Assembly (NCBI GenBank): GCA_002104945.1
Contig: MCFH01000052.1
Span: 310,001-374,000 of the forward strand
DNA from: Piromyces finnis finn
Lineage: Eukaryota; Fungi; Neocallimastigomycota
Reading direction: 5' to 3'
DNA: 64,000 nucleotides
Below are positions 24,654-37,833 of the stretch, piece by piece (positions within the stretch are counted from its first letter, which is position 1; every line of letters begins with the position of its first letter). The notes under the pieces were generated by a model. The model did not search any database. It worked only from the letters and a program-made list of their open reading frames with translations, and was not told the DNA's origin. The position numbers were made by a program, and so were the translations under genes.

Positions 24654-25480
24654 TCCGGTTCGAAGGACCATTGATATAATTTGATAATCATCTTAATTTT
24701 GAATTTTACTTCAATAAGTGATTATTATATTATATCTTTGATTATAACTATATAAGTTATATTGATTAGAATTTAAGATTGTTTTTATAAAAATTAATAA
24801 AATTGTTTTATTACAACACTAAATTGTTTTATTAGAAACATTCGTTTTTCTAATATTTAAATATTTAAAATTTTATTTATTAAATTATTAAAATGATTAT
24901 TAAAATTATAAAAATATTAACTAACTATATAAAATTTTCTTTATTAATAATAATAATAATAATTAAAATAAGAATATTTACATGTATTTATATTTTCTTT
25001 TAAATTTAAACTATTTACATTAAAATAATAAAATTAATAACTATTTATAATAAAAGTAATAAAAGTAATTAAAAATAACAATAAAAGAAATAATTAAAAG
25101 TTAAAGAATATAAAAAGTTGTTTATTTTACAATTAATTAAAGTAATAATTATTTTTAATGCTTTAATGAAAGTGTTTAATTATATTATTTTATAACATGA
25201 ATTATTATATTTGTTTACTTTTAAAGTGTAATTTACTAAAGAAATTATTAAATATTTAATTTAACAATTAATTTAACAAAAGTTATATATTTTGATCTCG
25301 ATTAATTAAAGTTTATTATTTTTCTTTCAATAATCAAAATATATGCAGTGTTTAGGATTAATTTTATTTAAGAATTTTGGTAAAATGATTAATTAAACTA
25401 TAACTTGTTTTAAGTTACTTTTAGGGTTAACTTAGAAATCAGGTTTAATAATAATTTTATATTTATTAATTTCATTATTT
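24654..25480 (-). mobile_element. Family X 5' LTR (24672 to about 25480) with tRNA-Tyr-type PBS (24654-24670); internal region truncated
   Basis: The plus strand reads TCCGGTTCGAAGGACCA, resembling the 3' end of eukaryotic tRNA-Tyr including CCA, 1 nt from the LTR. Confidence 0.75.
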
Positions 25481-25606
25481 AAAAGAAATATTGTCACAAT
25501 AACATATATAAAAATTTAAAAAATTTGGACACTGACACATGGAAAAAATTAAAAATTTTTTAATAAAAATTTCAAATTATAAAATTTCTAACCTTTTGAA
25601 ATTATT

Positions 25607-26738
25607 TGTTAAGTTTTTGGGTTTGGTTATGCGGCCAGGTCAGAATGTTATTAATTATATAGTAAAAATGTTTTTTAAGAAATTAAATTTAATTATAAAA
25701 TAACACCTTAAACTCCCAAATGAAAAATGAAAAATTTATATTTACTTTAAAATAACTTTTTATAAATTTTTTATTTATTTAATAATAATAATATAAATGA
25801 TATTATAAGTAACTATATAATTAAGATTATAACTATAATCTTTACAAAGAATTAAAATCGAATTCAATTCATTCTCTTTTATATTCTTTGTTCAGATTAT
25901 TAAATTGATATTAATAAGAATAAAGTATTACATGTAATATATTAGTAATATAATTAAATAAGTAATAAGATTGTTTGTTTGTTTGTTTGTTTGTCATGAC
26001 ATAAAATAAAATAAACATATGATTAATCATTTAAACAGTTGATCCTAATTAGTAATTATAAAAACTATTCAATTAATAATTCATCATTATTAATTGATAT
26101 TACCATAACATATTTGTTATAATTAAATAATTATTATTTTCAAAATTATTTCTAATAAAACTTGCCGTTAACCTATTTTATAATAATTAAGATTATTTAA
26201 TTTATAGGTGTTAACTGTTACACCTAAATGGGTCTAGTTCTATTTTTAGTAACAATCGTTATCATTAATTAAATTAATATAACTAAAATTCCTATTGATA
26301 TATTTTTAATTTCATCAAGTCATAAGAAATATTTATGATCCATACTTGATATCATATTGATTTTAATTTACCTAATAAAATCTTCAAATGATCATAACTT
26401 CCTTAAATGATCAGTTAGAAGGACCGCGATTGTACCAAATTGTAGCTTTCTTCCTAAGCTTTCCAATAAACCTAGTTTCATCACCGTAGCACTTACAGCC
26501 GTAGCGATCGTTTTTGGCGAGTTACACCTTATTTCGTACTTGCTTATTTTTGGTTAAGGGTTATAGTGTATTGATATTAAATTTTTGAAATCATAACCCT
26601 TTCACTGAATCAAAATTTAAAAGGTGACTTTTAAAAGTGTTTTAAAATAATTATTGAAATTATTTAATTATAATTATTATGTTTAATTAATTATAGATAT
26701 TATCTGAATTTGTTTTAAATCCAGTTAATATCTTCACA
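25607..26738. mobile_element. Family P solo LTR with 5-bp TSD TTATT
   Basis: TGTTAAG...CTTCACA termini; TTATT at 25602-25606 and 26739-26743; shares motifs with N and F. Confidence 0.85.
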
Positions 26739-27426
26739 TTATTAATTTTTTTTTTAATTTATTAAAATTTTATTTTTAAAAATTTTATTTTAAATTTATT
26801 AACTATTTACAATAATTATATTAATTATTAATTATAAAAATTAAATATTTTATAATTAAACAATAATTAATTAAAATTAAAAAATGTAATAATTAAAATT
26901 GTTCATGTATAAAAAGAACAAAAATTGACAAAAATTACGAAGCTTTAGCGTTAGTAATTTTTTAACTTAAAGTTAATAAAATTTATAAACTCCTATAAAA
27001 CCTAAAACTTTAAAAATTTTAATATTTTTAATAACTTAATATATGCTGATATTAAGTTATTACTAAAATAAAAATATTATTTAATTTTCTTTATATAAAT
27101 ATTATTAGCTTTACGCCTTCAATAGGAAAGCGTATTATATTTGTTAATTAATATTGTAAAGTGGGCTAGGGTTGATATGTAACTTGGTCAGAATGTTTTA
27201 TATAATATAACTTAATTTACCAATAAAATATTAAACTTTTTTATTATTAAATCTTTTCTTTAAGACTTATTAAAGAATTTTAAATAATACTAATTTAAAA
27301 ATTAAATAGGTTTTTATATTTAAAATAAAAATTTTAATATAATTTAATTATGAAATTTATTTATTAATTATTTATTTATGAAAATAATATTTAATAAGTT
27401 ATATTATAGATTATAGTTAATAATTA

Positions 27427-27458
27427 TGATAAATAATTAAATTTATAAATTATGAATT

Positions 27459-27507
<49 letters not shown>

Positions 27508-28860
27508 TTAAAACACAGATAGTTGAAAATTAAGATAATTAACATGTATAAAATTATTAAATTAAAAACTATAAATGTAAACTTTTTGTCTATTTAATTG
27601 TTTATTTAGTTTTAAATTAAATAGTTTATATTTGTTTATAATTATACTTTAAAATAATAATTTTGTATAAATAGTGATAGAATTATTTTATTTTAAAAAG
27701 ATGTTCCTAATAATCCAGTAAAATTAGATAATAATATTAAATTTTATTAAAATAATAGTTGTGATTATATTTACATACATTCAAGATGTATTAAACCATA
27801 ACATATATATATTTAATAATACAAGAGTTATTAAATATTAAAACTTTATAATTAAATAAAATAATTTTATATTTTAAACTAACAAAGACTTGCAAATGAA
27901 CAAGTATAAAAATCATTTATTCTATTTTTATTTTCTTATTTATTTTTATTTATTAAATTTTAGATACAAATATTATCACTTTCTATATTCATTTATAGAA
28001 TTAAGATAATATCCTCTTCGTATCAAATGGTGGAGAATCCAAAAATCTACTGCGTAGCTAGTCTTAAGGCCGGAGGGAATTACGCGAACCTCTCTGTTCC
28101 CCATAGGAAACTACTGCTACTTCAAATTTAATTAATTTCAAAATTAATTAAAATCGGAATTAACAATACTTCAACAATATATATTAATATATTCCAATAT
28201 ATTATTAATATATATAAAAAAAAAAATTTCACAAATATTTAATTCCAATAATTAAATAAACAACATTAATATCAAAATTTTAAATATTCAAATTATTTAA
28301 AATAAAATCAATATTATAATACAAAAACATTATAATATAATTCAATTATAAATCCATAATCAATTATAATATATACCAATTATATATTATAAAATAATAA
28401 AATTATAATGTATATTTCACCTGAATGAAAAACATTATATCCCTACTGCTCCGCTCTTCTAAAAACTTATATGAATTTCAAAATAATATGTGGATAATGG
28501 AATAAAAGTATCGGAAAATAAACTTTAAATAATAATAAACCATAAGTAAGCTTTATTTGATGTGGATATAAATGAAGAATAAATTTATTTGAAAAAGACA
28601 CTGCAGCTACTATAAAAAAAAATATCCGGAAAATTATATATTAAAAATAAATTAAAGGAGGACATTAGAAATTAAACATGCATATAAAGAAAGAAAGAAG
28701 AAAATCCTAAGAAGAAGAAGAAGTAATAAAATGAAGATCTTTAATTATTTATAAAATTTAATTCTTTATCTATTATTTTTCTTTTCATAACTTCAAGGGA
28801 CGAAGTTATATCTTAAGGGCGAAGATATTGATAAATAATTAAATTTATAAATTATGAATT

Positions 28861-28912
<52 letters not shown>

Positions 28913-29430
28913 TTAAAACACAGATAGTTGAAAATTAAGATAATTAACATGTATAAAATTATTAAATTAAAAACTATAAATGTAAACTTTTTGTCTATTT
29001 AATTGTTTATTTAGTTTTAAATTAAATAGTTTATATTTGTTTATAATTATACTTTAAAATAATAATTTTGTATAAATAGTGATAGAATTATTTTATTTTA
29101 AAAGATGTTCCTAATAATCCAGTAAAATTAGATAATAATATTAAATTTTATTAAAATAATAGTTGTGATTATATTTACATACATTCAAGATGTATTAAAC
29201 CATAACATATATATATTTAATAATACAAGAGTTATTAAATATTAAAACTTTATAATTAAATAAAATAATTTTATATTTTAAACTAACAAAGACTTGCAAA
29301 TGAACAAGTATAAAAATCATTTATTCTATTTTTATTTTCTTATTTATTTTTATTTATTAAATTTTAGATACAAATATTATCACTTTCTATATTCATTTAT
29401 AGAATTAAGATAATATTTCTCTTCGTATCA
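27427..29430 (+). mobile_element. Complete non-coding non-autonomous LTR element A (TRIM/LARD-like, 2.0 kb)
   Basis: LTRs 27427-28025 and 28829-29430, near-identical; TSD ATTA; PBS TGGTGGAGAATCC at 28028-28040; about 800-bp internal region with no ORF in the track; hairpin and PPT. Confidence 0.92.
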
Positions 29431-29438
29431 ATTAATAA

Positions 29439-29986
29439 GTCGTTCCAGTTTTTATCCTGGTTGTTAAGGCGTTGCCTTAGTATACATAAGGCTTCTGGTT
29501 CGACCCCGCAGATGTCAGTGCCTGTGGATTTTCCCACTGGGTTTGCCATGGGTTGGGTTATGATATTCAGGTAAGTATAAAAGAACTTTCTAATTTAGTA
29601 CTATGATAATAACACTCGTCTAGCCGGCCTGAGAGGGTCTAGTGTACATGGTACATTCCAAATTAGAACTTAATAAGTGGTGACTTAGGCTATGCCAAAA
29701 ACACACAATATTCCTTAATCAATTTAAGTGTAAACATTAGGGGGCGGTTGACACGTGATCAAATTGACTATAAGAGGCTTAGCATTGTAGTTGTGAAATA
29801 TCGTACAACGACATGCATCTAATGTACATGGATTAAGTGAGAGTCGAAGCTGAAGAAACAGTATGACAGACCAGGAGGGTCACAACCACCTAGCAATAGG
29901 AATGTGCCAACGTTTCTCTAAGAACCACCATTGGAGCTAACTCCGATCGATGGGAGAAATGCACTCGGAAGTTAAAAAAAAATAAT
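29439..29986 (+). mobile_element. SINE-like retroposon with tRNA-like head and A-rich tail
   Basis: 13-bp TSD TAATAATTAATAA (left copy split by element A); A-box-like TGGTTGTTAAGG and B-box-like GGTTCGACC; ends GGAAGTT-A9; a 5'-truncated copy lies at 59398-59547. Confidence 0.72.
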
Positions 29987-30935
29987 TAATAATTAATAAT
30001 CTTACAAAGAATTTCAAAATTGATTTTAATTCTTTGTTTAAATACTTTTTCTTACATATAATAAATTTACATTGATATTAATATTGATATTAATAAAGAT
30101 AAAAATAAAATAATTTTAAATTAAAATATTAATAATTGATATTGATATTAATAATATGAATTCATATGATAGATCTTAAGATTAATCTTTTAAATTACTT
30201 TTAAAATAAAAGTATTGTTTTAACCATTTTAAATAGTAAATATTTAATATTATAAATTGAGAATAACAATTACTGATACTAATTATATATTCTCATGATT
30301 AATTAATTAATAATTATAACTAATGATTTTTGATCCAAAGGTTTTTTGGTTTGAATATGATTGAGGTTATTAATCAAAAATTATTTGAAAAATTATTAAT
30401 TAATTTTTATAATTGATTAGATTTGAAATCAAGAATACTTATTATCTAACTTTATTTAATAATAATGGAGAATTTTTAAATTGAATTATTTATAGAAAGT
30501 TGGATGACTTGAATAATGACTTTAATTATATAAATTAATATTGATCATTTTAATATATATTTATTAGAACTAATCAATTCTTTAAATAGCTATATCTCAA
30601 GAACTAGTGGTCTAAATTAGCTGAAAATTTGTGAATATAGATCTCGACTAGTACTTTCTAATAAATTGATTTGAAGTCTCTAGAAAAGGAAAATAGGATA
30701 CAAGATTCAGAAGTTATCACTAGTTTCGTATAGTGCATTTTCTTCTCAAGGGTTAATTTATTGAAAATTAAATTTTTGTGATCCCTAACCCTTTTCAATA
30801 TTAAATTTTTTCAAGTGATCTTTTAATTATTTTTTAAAAGTGTTTTATAATTTTTGAAATATAAATTTGATTTTTAAATTGCTTATTTGAATATTTAATT
30901 TATTTTTTAATCGTCTTCTATCCTTGACAAATATA

Positions 30936-31552
30936 TGTTACGGATTTCACTTCAGTTAGGTCGGAATATACATATTTACCCTAACTTTATTAATTTAATA
31001 AATGAATAAATAAATATTTTAAATAAATAACATTTTATTAATTAACTTTATTTATTAATAAATTTTTATTTAAAGAAAAATTTTTATTTATTAAATATTA
31101 TTATGATTAGAGTAAATATTAAATGTAATGAACTCTCGAAATTTCTAATGATAGGAATTTTCTCGAGTATTTATACTATCTTTAATATTAAGGAATACAT
31201 TTTAAATTTAATACATGACTAATTATTTATATTAATTAACTATTCTATAAATTAATTACATATTAATTATATATGACTTTTCACTCGTGTTAAATTTAAT
31301 AATTATAAAAGTCATATTATCAATCATTTGTAGAAGGAATGATTATTTTATAATTTAGTTTTAATTTCCTTCTTAATCAAATGAATAAAGAGATATTAAT
31401 TCAAACTTTAATAAATATAAAATCTTAATAATTATAATTAATTAATATCTCTTAAGATATTATTTAATTATGTTTTATAATAAAATATTTCTAATTAATT
31501 AAACGAATAAAACACTAATTAAATAAATAATCATGAATCCACTAATATGACA
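30936..31552. mobile_element. Family M solo LTR with 4-bp TSD TATA
   Basis: TGTTACGG...TATGACA termini; TATA at 30932-30935 and 31553-31556; related remnant near 9550-9820. Confidence 0.75.
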
Positions 31553-32231
31553 TATATGTCAAAATCACAATTCATGAAATTTGACATTTCATGAAATTTC
31601 ATAATTTTGAATTATTAGTTAAATTAATTAAAATATTAATTTAATAATATTTTACTAATAATAGTTTATTTAATATAAATATTAATTGGAAAGCTATTTA
31701 TTATCCGGAGATAAATAGTGTAACAATTAATTAATATTAAACAAACCAATTAGTAAAATAAGATTCATTTAAATAATTATTAATATTATTTTTAACAACT
31801 TATTAATATCGATATTTAAAGAAAATTATATTATTATTATTATTATATTTTATTAATATTTATATTTATATTATTATACATGTATAACTTAAATTATATT
31901 ATTATTATACTTTATTAATATCAACATTATATTAAAAATGAAAGTATAAATAAGTTGAACAAAGAACAACTTTAAGAAGTTCTTTGTGAGATTATTAATA
32001 CTCATTTTTTTATATAGTAAATTCAATATTTAAAAATTAATAATTATTATTTATATATTAATAAAAAGCTGAATAAAATAATTCTTTAAAAATTATATTT
32101 ATTATTCCTTATCTTAACACTTACTTTACTATATAATTAAGCCTATCCTAACCTAGTAGACTTAATTATAGTTCTAAATCCACTCTAACTCTTGACAATA
32201 ATCTCACCTTAACTTTGGTTACTACCTTAGG

Positions 32232-33332
32232 ATGGCAGAACAAAACTTTGCTAGCTCTTGGCAAACTATGGATGAAGTTAATCAACTCCGCGAAGATGCT
32301 AAAACTACTGCTGTAGACATTATGAACAGCGTTCAAGAAAACTTTGCTACTATTAGTCAAGTTAAAGACTTTGAAAAACATATTGAATCTCAGTTCCAAG
32401 AAATTAAAAGAAATACTGCTAATTTCGCACAAGTTTTGGAATCGGTCTCTAACAATATCAACACCATTCAAGAGTATTTAAATAAGAATGGAAAACCAAG
32501 TGGTGGTCAGCCAGACCTTACCCCTTCAGTTGCCCCTTCTACATCTACAAAATATGATTTGGATTTTGATGTAATAATGAGATCAAAATATTCCACTCCA
32601 ATAAATCAAGTTCCAGATCCAGGTCTTTTTTCTGGTGATTCTCATGAAACAGAACTATTCTGTCAAATTTGTGAAGATATTTTTAGCACTTATCCTAATA
32701 AGCATATGATGGAAGAAGCCAAAATTAATTTTGTTAAAACAAGATTAAGAGGAATTGCTAGAACTTGGTATTTAACAAGATACAGTGGAAATACTCATCC
32801 CTCTACTATGTTTGAATTATTAGTAGAATTAAAAAATGCTTTTCCAAATGTTTCAAGCCGCAAATTAGCCAAGATTAAGCTAAGTAAATTGAAACAAACA
32901 TATGGAAAAATTAATGAATATATGGAAGAATTTAGATCATATATTCAATATTTTAACTGGGATCAAGAAGCTGTTACTCTTATGTTTTATACTGGTCTTC
33001 ATCCTAAGTATCAAGAAGATATTGAAAGATTAGATGACTTTCCTACTACTCTCGAAGCTATTTTCACAAGATGTATTTTATTTGAACAAAACAATGTCTC
33101 AAATAAAAAGTTAAACCAAATTAATAATAAAAGCCATGGAAGAAAAAATTCTTTTTATAATAACAATAACAATAATTATAATAATAATAGAAACAATTAT
33201 CAAAAATATCACAATAATAATAATAACAATAATAATTTAAAATCTAATTATTCAACTAATAATTATGGTGGTAATAATAATAATAATTATTCCACTACAA
33301 AAACCCAAAAAATTTCTTCAAAAAGTTTTTAA
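32232..33332 (+). CDS. Gag of element K, 366 aa
   Basis: PDPGLFSG...LFCQIC and ARTWY retrotransposon Gag motifs; Asn-rich tail. Confidence 0.9.
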   Translation: MAEQNFASSWQTMDEVNQLREDAKTTAVDIMNSVQENFATISQVKDFEKHIESQFQEIKRNTANFAQVLESVSNNINTIQEYLNKNGKPSGGQPDLTPSVAPSTSTKYDLDFDVIMRSKYSTPINQVPDPGLFSGDSHETELFCQICEDIFSTYPNKHMMEEAKINFVKTRLRGIARTWYLTRYSGNTHPSTMFELLVELKNAFPNVSSRKLAKIKLSKLKQTYGKINEYMEEFRSYIQYFNWDQEAVTLMFYTGLHPKYQEDIERLDDFPTTLEAIFTRCILFEQNNVSNKKLNQINNKSHGRKNSFYNNNNNNYNNNRNNYQKYHNNNNNNNNLKSNYSTNNYGGNNNNNYSTTKTQKISSKSF

Positions 33333-33355
33333 ACAATGAACACCATAAGACGTCA

Positions 33356-36300
33356 ATGGATGTTCATAATACACCAAAAATTATTTATTATAATTTCCCA
33401 TCTCTAGAGAACAAAGAAAATCCCAATTTAAATTCATTTTTAACCTTTAACTCATATATTCCTAAAGAATTTCTAAATAACAACTCTAATTTTATTACCA
33501 ATTCTCCAATAACCTGTAATTCAATACTTGATTCAGGTTCCTCATGCAACTTTATTTCTACCATATTTGTAGAAAAATATAATTTAATTAAAAGAAAATT
33601 AAAAAACAAATTGATTATAAAAGGTATTAGTGGGTTTACTACTGATATCAATGATTATGTTTATTTAAAATTTCAATTAAAAATTTTTATCAAAAACAAA
33701 TTTTATTTTATATCTTTTAAAGAAAAATTCTTAGTTTCAGAACATATTCCTATGGATTTATTATTTGGAAATAAATTCATGAAGAAATTTAAGATTCATT
33801 TTAATTATAAAAATAATCATTTATATTGTAATAATTTTAAACACTTCAATAATAAGAATTTAAAAAATTTTTCAAAAAATTTAAAAATTTCTCATTCTAA
33901 AAAAGATTTTAATTATTCATTTTCCGATAATACTAATAATAATTCTACTAATTTCTCTCATAAATCTAATCGTCAAGTTAAAGATAATAGTTCTATGTCT
34001 TCTAATAAGAGTGATATCAATTATTTTATCCATTCATTTTTATCTGAAAATGTCGAAAATTTTGATGATGATGAAGGAAATGACCTAACCCTTATCATGG
34101 ATGAAATCCCTAATGAATATAAAGATCTTGCTGTTGTTTTCAGCAAATCAAAAGCTGATAAGTTACCTCCACACCGTTTAACTGATTGTAAAATAGTCCT
34201 AGAAAATGATGCCACTTTACATTATGGACCTATTTATCCTTTGTCAAGACAAGAGGAAGAAGCCTTACAAGAATATATTAATGAAAATCTTAAAAAAGGT
34301 TTTATTAGACCCTCTAAATCTCCTGCAGGTTATCCTGTTGTTTTCCAGAAGAAAAAAGATGGCTCACTAAGGGTTTGTATTGATTACAAAAAGTTAAACT
34401 CTGTAACAGTAAGGAATTCGTATCCTTTACCTTTAATATCAGATATCATTGAAAGGGTTAGGGGTTAAAAATTTCACTAAATTAGATTTGAGATCAGCTT
34501 ATAATTTGATAAGAATAAAAGAAGGTGATGAATATAAGACGCTTTTAGAACAAAGTTTGGCCATTACGAATATTTAGTAATGCCATATGGATTAAAAAAT
34601 GCTCCAGCAACATTCCAATCATTCATAAATTCAATATTACGCGAATATTTGGATAAATTTGTTATTTTATACATGGATGATATTTTAATTTTCTCAGAAA
34701 ATCTCAACGATCATATCAACCATGTAAGATCTGTTTTAGATAAATTAATACAAAACAACTTATATGCAAAATTTGAAAAATGTGAATTTCATAAAAATGA
34801 AGTTGAATTCTTAGGTTTCACTATATCAAGTAATGGTATCTCTACTGATCCAAAGAAGATCGAAGCTATTAAAGAATGGCCTAGACCAAAATGTGTTAAA
34901 GATGTTCAACGCTTTTTTGGTCTTTGTAATTATTATAGAAGGTTTGTTAATAATTTTGCAAAAATTGCCAAACCTTTACATAATTTAACTAGGAAAAATG
35001 TTAAATTTCATTGGGATAAGACGTGTGATGATGCTTTTGTAAAATTACAAAATAAATTAATTACTTCTCCCGTTTTAGTTTTTCCTGATACTAATAGGCC
35101 GTTCATAGTAGAATGTGATGCCAGTAATTTCGCAATAGGTTCCGTTTTATCTCAATATGATGATGATAAAAAACTACATCCTGTTGCTTATTTTTCCAGA
35201 AGTTTAAATGATACAGAAAGGAACTATTCCATTACGGATAAAGAACTTCTTTCTATTAAATCTGCTTTCTCAGCTTGGCGACATCTACTTTTAGGTGCCA
35301 AATTTAAAGCAAAAGTTTATACAGACCACCGTAATTTACTTTATACTTTAGGTGGAAAAATTCAAAATCAACGTCAACATCGTTGGCATCTCTTCTTCCA
35401 GGAATATGGTTTTGAATTAATTTATCGCCAAGGAAGAAAAAATGGTAAGCCTGATAGTCTTTCTAGAAGACCTGATTATAATTCTGGTAATGAACAAATT
35501 AAACCTTTAGAAACTCCTGATAGACCATGGCGTTCTGTTGAAATTGACTTTTTATGTGGTTTACCTGATTCTAAAGGATATACTGTTCTAATGGTTACTG
35601 TAGATAGATTTTCAAAAATGATTCACTTAGTTCCTTTTAAGAAAATACCCGATGCTAAACAAACAGCTACAGCTTTTATTAAAAATATATTTAAACTTCA
35701 TGGATTGCCTTCTGATATTTATACTGATCGTGGTTCACAATTTACTAGTGATCTTTGGAATAGTTTAATGGAAGAACTTAAAGTTAAAACTAAAATTGCT
35801 ACCACTGATCATCATGAAACAGTCGGTCAAGTTGAAAGATGTAATTCTTTTATTGAGCAATATCTCCGCTGTTATTCAAAGTCCTATTATCATGATGACT
35901 GGGTTGAATGGATTCACTTAGCTGAATTTGTTTATAACAATTCTATTAATGAGTCTACCAAACAAAGTCCTTTCTTTATTAACTATGGATTCCACCCTCC
36001 TGTTGATGATGTTTTTCTTTATGACAAATCCTATACTAATAATAATTTTATTAGAAATGTTTGTGATAATTTTAATTATGTTAAAGAAGTTTTATTTAGA
36101 GCCAAGGATTTATATAAAAAACATGCCGATAAGAAAAGGATGTCACCTCCTATATTTAAAGTTGGCGATAAAGTTTGGATTCAAGCTCCTCCATCCTTTT
36201 CTACGGAAGAAACTCCAAAACTTTCTCCTTGTAAATACGGACCTTATAAAGTTTTAGAAGTTTTGGAAAATAATAATTATAAAATAGATATACATAACTC

Positions 36301-36598
36301 CCCTTTCCCAAAACATCATCCAATATTCCATATTTCTGAACTTGAACCTTTTATTCCTACTCCTTCAAGATTCTTATCAAGATCAAAGGACCCCGAATCA
36401 ATTAAAGATATCATTGAAATTGCAGGATTTAGAACTAACTATAAACTTAATAGGTATGAATACAAAATTAGATATAAATACCGCTCTCAATATAATTGGG
36501 TTCCTTCTAGTGAAGTTGAAGATAATCCAAGGAATCAAAATATATTCTTATTATATTTAAAAAATAACAGGAAGCCTATTGATATCGCTTATAACTGA
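33356..36598 (+). pseudogene. pol of element K (PR-RT-RH-IN-chromo-like), disrupted
   Basis: ILDSGS, VCIDYKKLN, YMDD, ECDAS, TDRGSQF, YGPYKV motifs. Apparent 2-nt deletion near 34465 giving TAA at 34466; 1-nt deletion near 34540; in-frame loss of the integrase HHCC region near 35490. Confidence 0.9.
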
Positions 36599-37833
36599 AA
36601 AATAAAGAAATGAAGAGAGAGAGAGAAAGAATGAATAACAATGAAAAAACAAAATTATTACAATGTAATTTTTTTTTCAATTAAATTCATCACAAATTTA
36701 AAAATTGAAATTTCAAAAATTTTTATATTCATTATTTTCCAACTATAAATTTTATTTTTTAATTTATTATTATTAATATTTTCAATATTAAATTTTAAAA
36801 TTTTCAAAAAACATAAAAAACCTTTTAAAATTGAAATTTAAAATTTCAAAAAAATCAAAATTTCAATTATAACAGTTGTACAACACAAAAAATTACAAAA
36901 ACATGTTTTTCATACAATACATATATGTATTTCATAACAAAATTTCATTTTTACCAATTTTTGACAACTTTTGAAATTTCGCGAAATGGCCATTTAAAAT
37001 TCATTCCTCCATCCTCATGTGACCATTTCGAAATTTCAAAAATTTTGAAAATATTAAAATTTCAATATTTTAAATTCAATATAAGATATTCCACTATCAA
37101 AAAATTGTCTAGTATCCAATTTTAGTGGAAGGGCGTTGTCAAAATCACAATTCATGAAATTTGACATTTCATGAAATTTCATAATTTTGAATTATTAGTT
37201 AAATTAATTAAAATATTAATTTAATAATATTTTACTAATAATAGTTTATTTAATATAAATATTAATTGGAAAGCTATTTATTATCCGGAGATAAATAGTG
37301 TAACAATTAATTAATATTAAACAAACCAATTAGTAAAATAAGATTCATTTAAATAATTATTAATATTATTTTTAACAACTTATTAATATCGATATTTAAA
37401 GAAAATTATATTATTATTATTATTATATTTTATTAATATTTATATTTATATTATTATACATGTATAACTTAAATTATATTATTATTATACTTTATTAATA
37501 TCAACATTATATTAAAAATGAAAGTATAAATAAGTTGAACAAAGAACAACTTTAAGAAGTTCTTTGTGAGATTATTAATACTCATTTTTTTATATAGTAA
37601 ATTCAATATTTAAAAATTAATAATTATTATTTATATATTAATAAAAAGCTGAATAAAATAATTCTTTAAAAATTATATTTATTATTCCTTATCTTAACAC
37701 TTACTTTACTATATAATTAAGCCTATCCTAACCTAGTAGACTTAATTATAGTTCTAAATCCACTCTAACTCTTGACAATATAACTAGTGTGTTTACCACA
37801 CTTTTCTTTAATAAAAAATCGCTTTTTTCCAAA

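Larger units (their letters stand above)
27155..30929. mobile_element. Family N solo LTR with 5-bp TSD AATAT, carrying a nested A element and a SINE-like element
   Basis: TGTAAAG...CTTGACA termini; AATAT at 27150-27154 and 30930-30934. Confidence 0.75.
31557..37777 (+). mobile_element. Ty3/Gypsy chromovirus-like element K, two LTRs but defective pol
   Basis: 641-bp LTRs at 31557-32197 and 37137-37777, identical on line-by-line reading; TSD ATATA; PPT AGTGGAAGGGCG; self-priming PBS at 32198-32207. Confidence 0.96.
25492..37831 (+). mobile_element. Family J solo LTR split into three pieces by nested insertions (25492-25606, 26744-27154, 37783-37831)
   Basis: The pieces join to match the J1 LTR, including the AGCGTTAGTAA self-primer near 26947. 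Confidence 0.88.

Noticed and set aside
29455-29515. Functional tRNA gene at the head of the SINE-like element
   Set aside because: No acceptor stem, imperfect T-stem and non-canonical anticodon loop; treated as tRNA-derived at most.
29800-29900. CTGAAGA / CTGAGGA (also at 58933) as a hammerhead ribozyme core
   Set aside because: I could not build stems II and III with a correctly placed GAAA and UH cleavage site; an Infernal hammerhead search would settle it.
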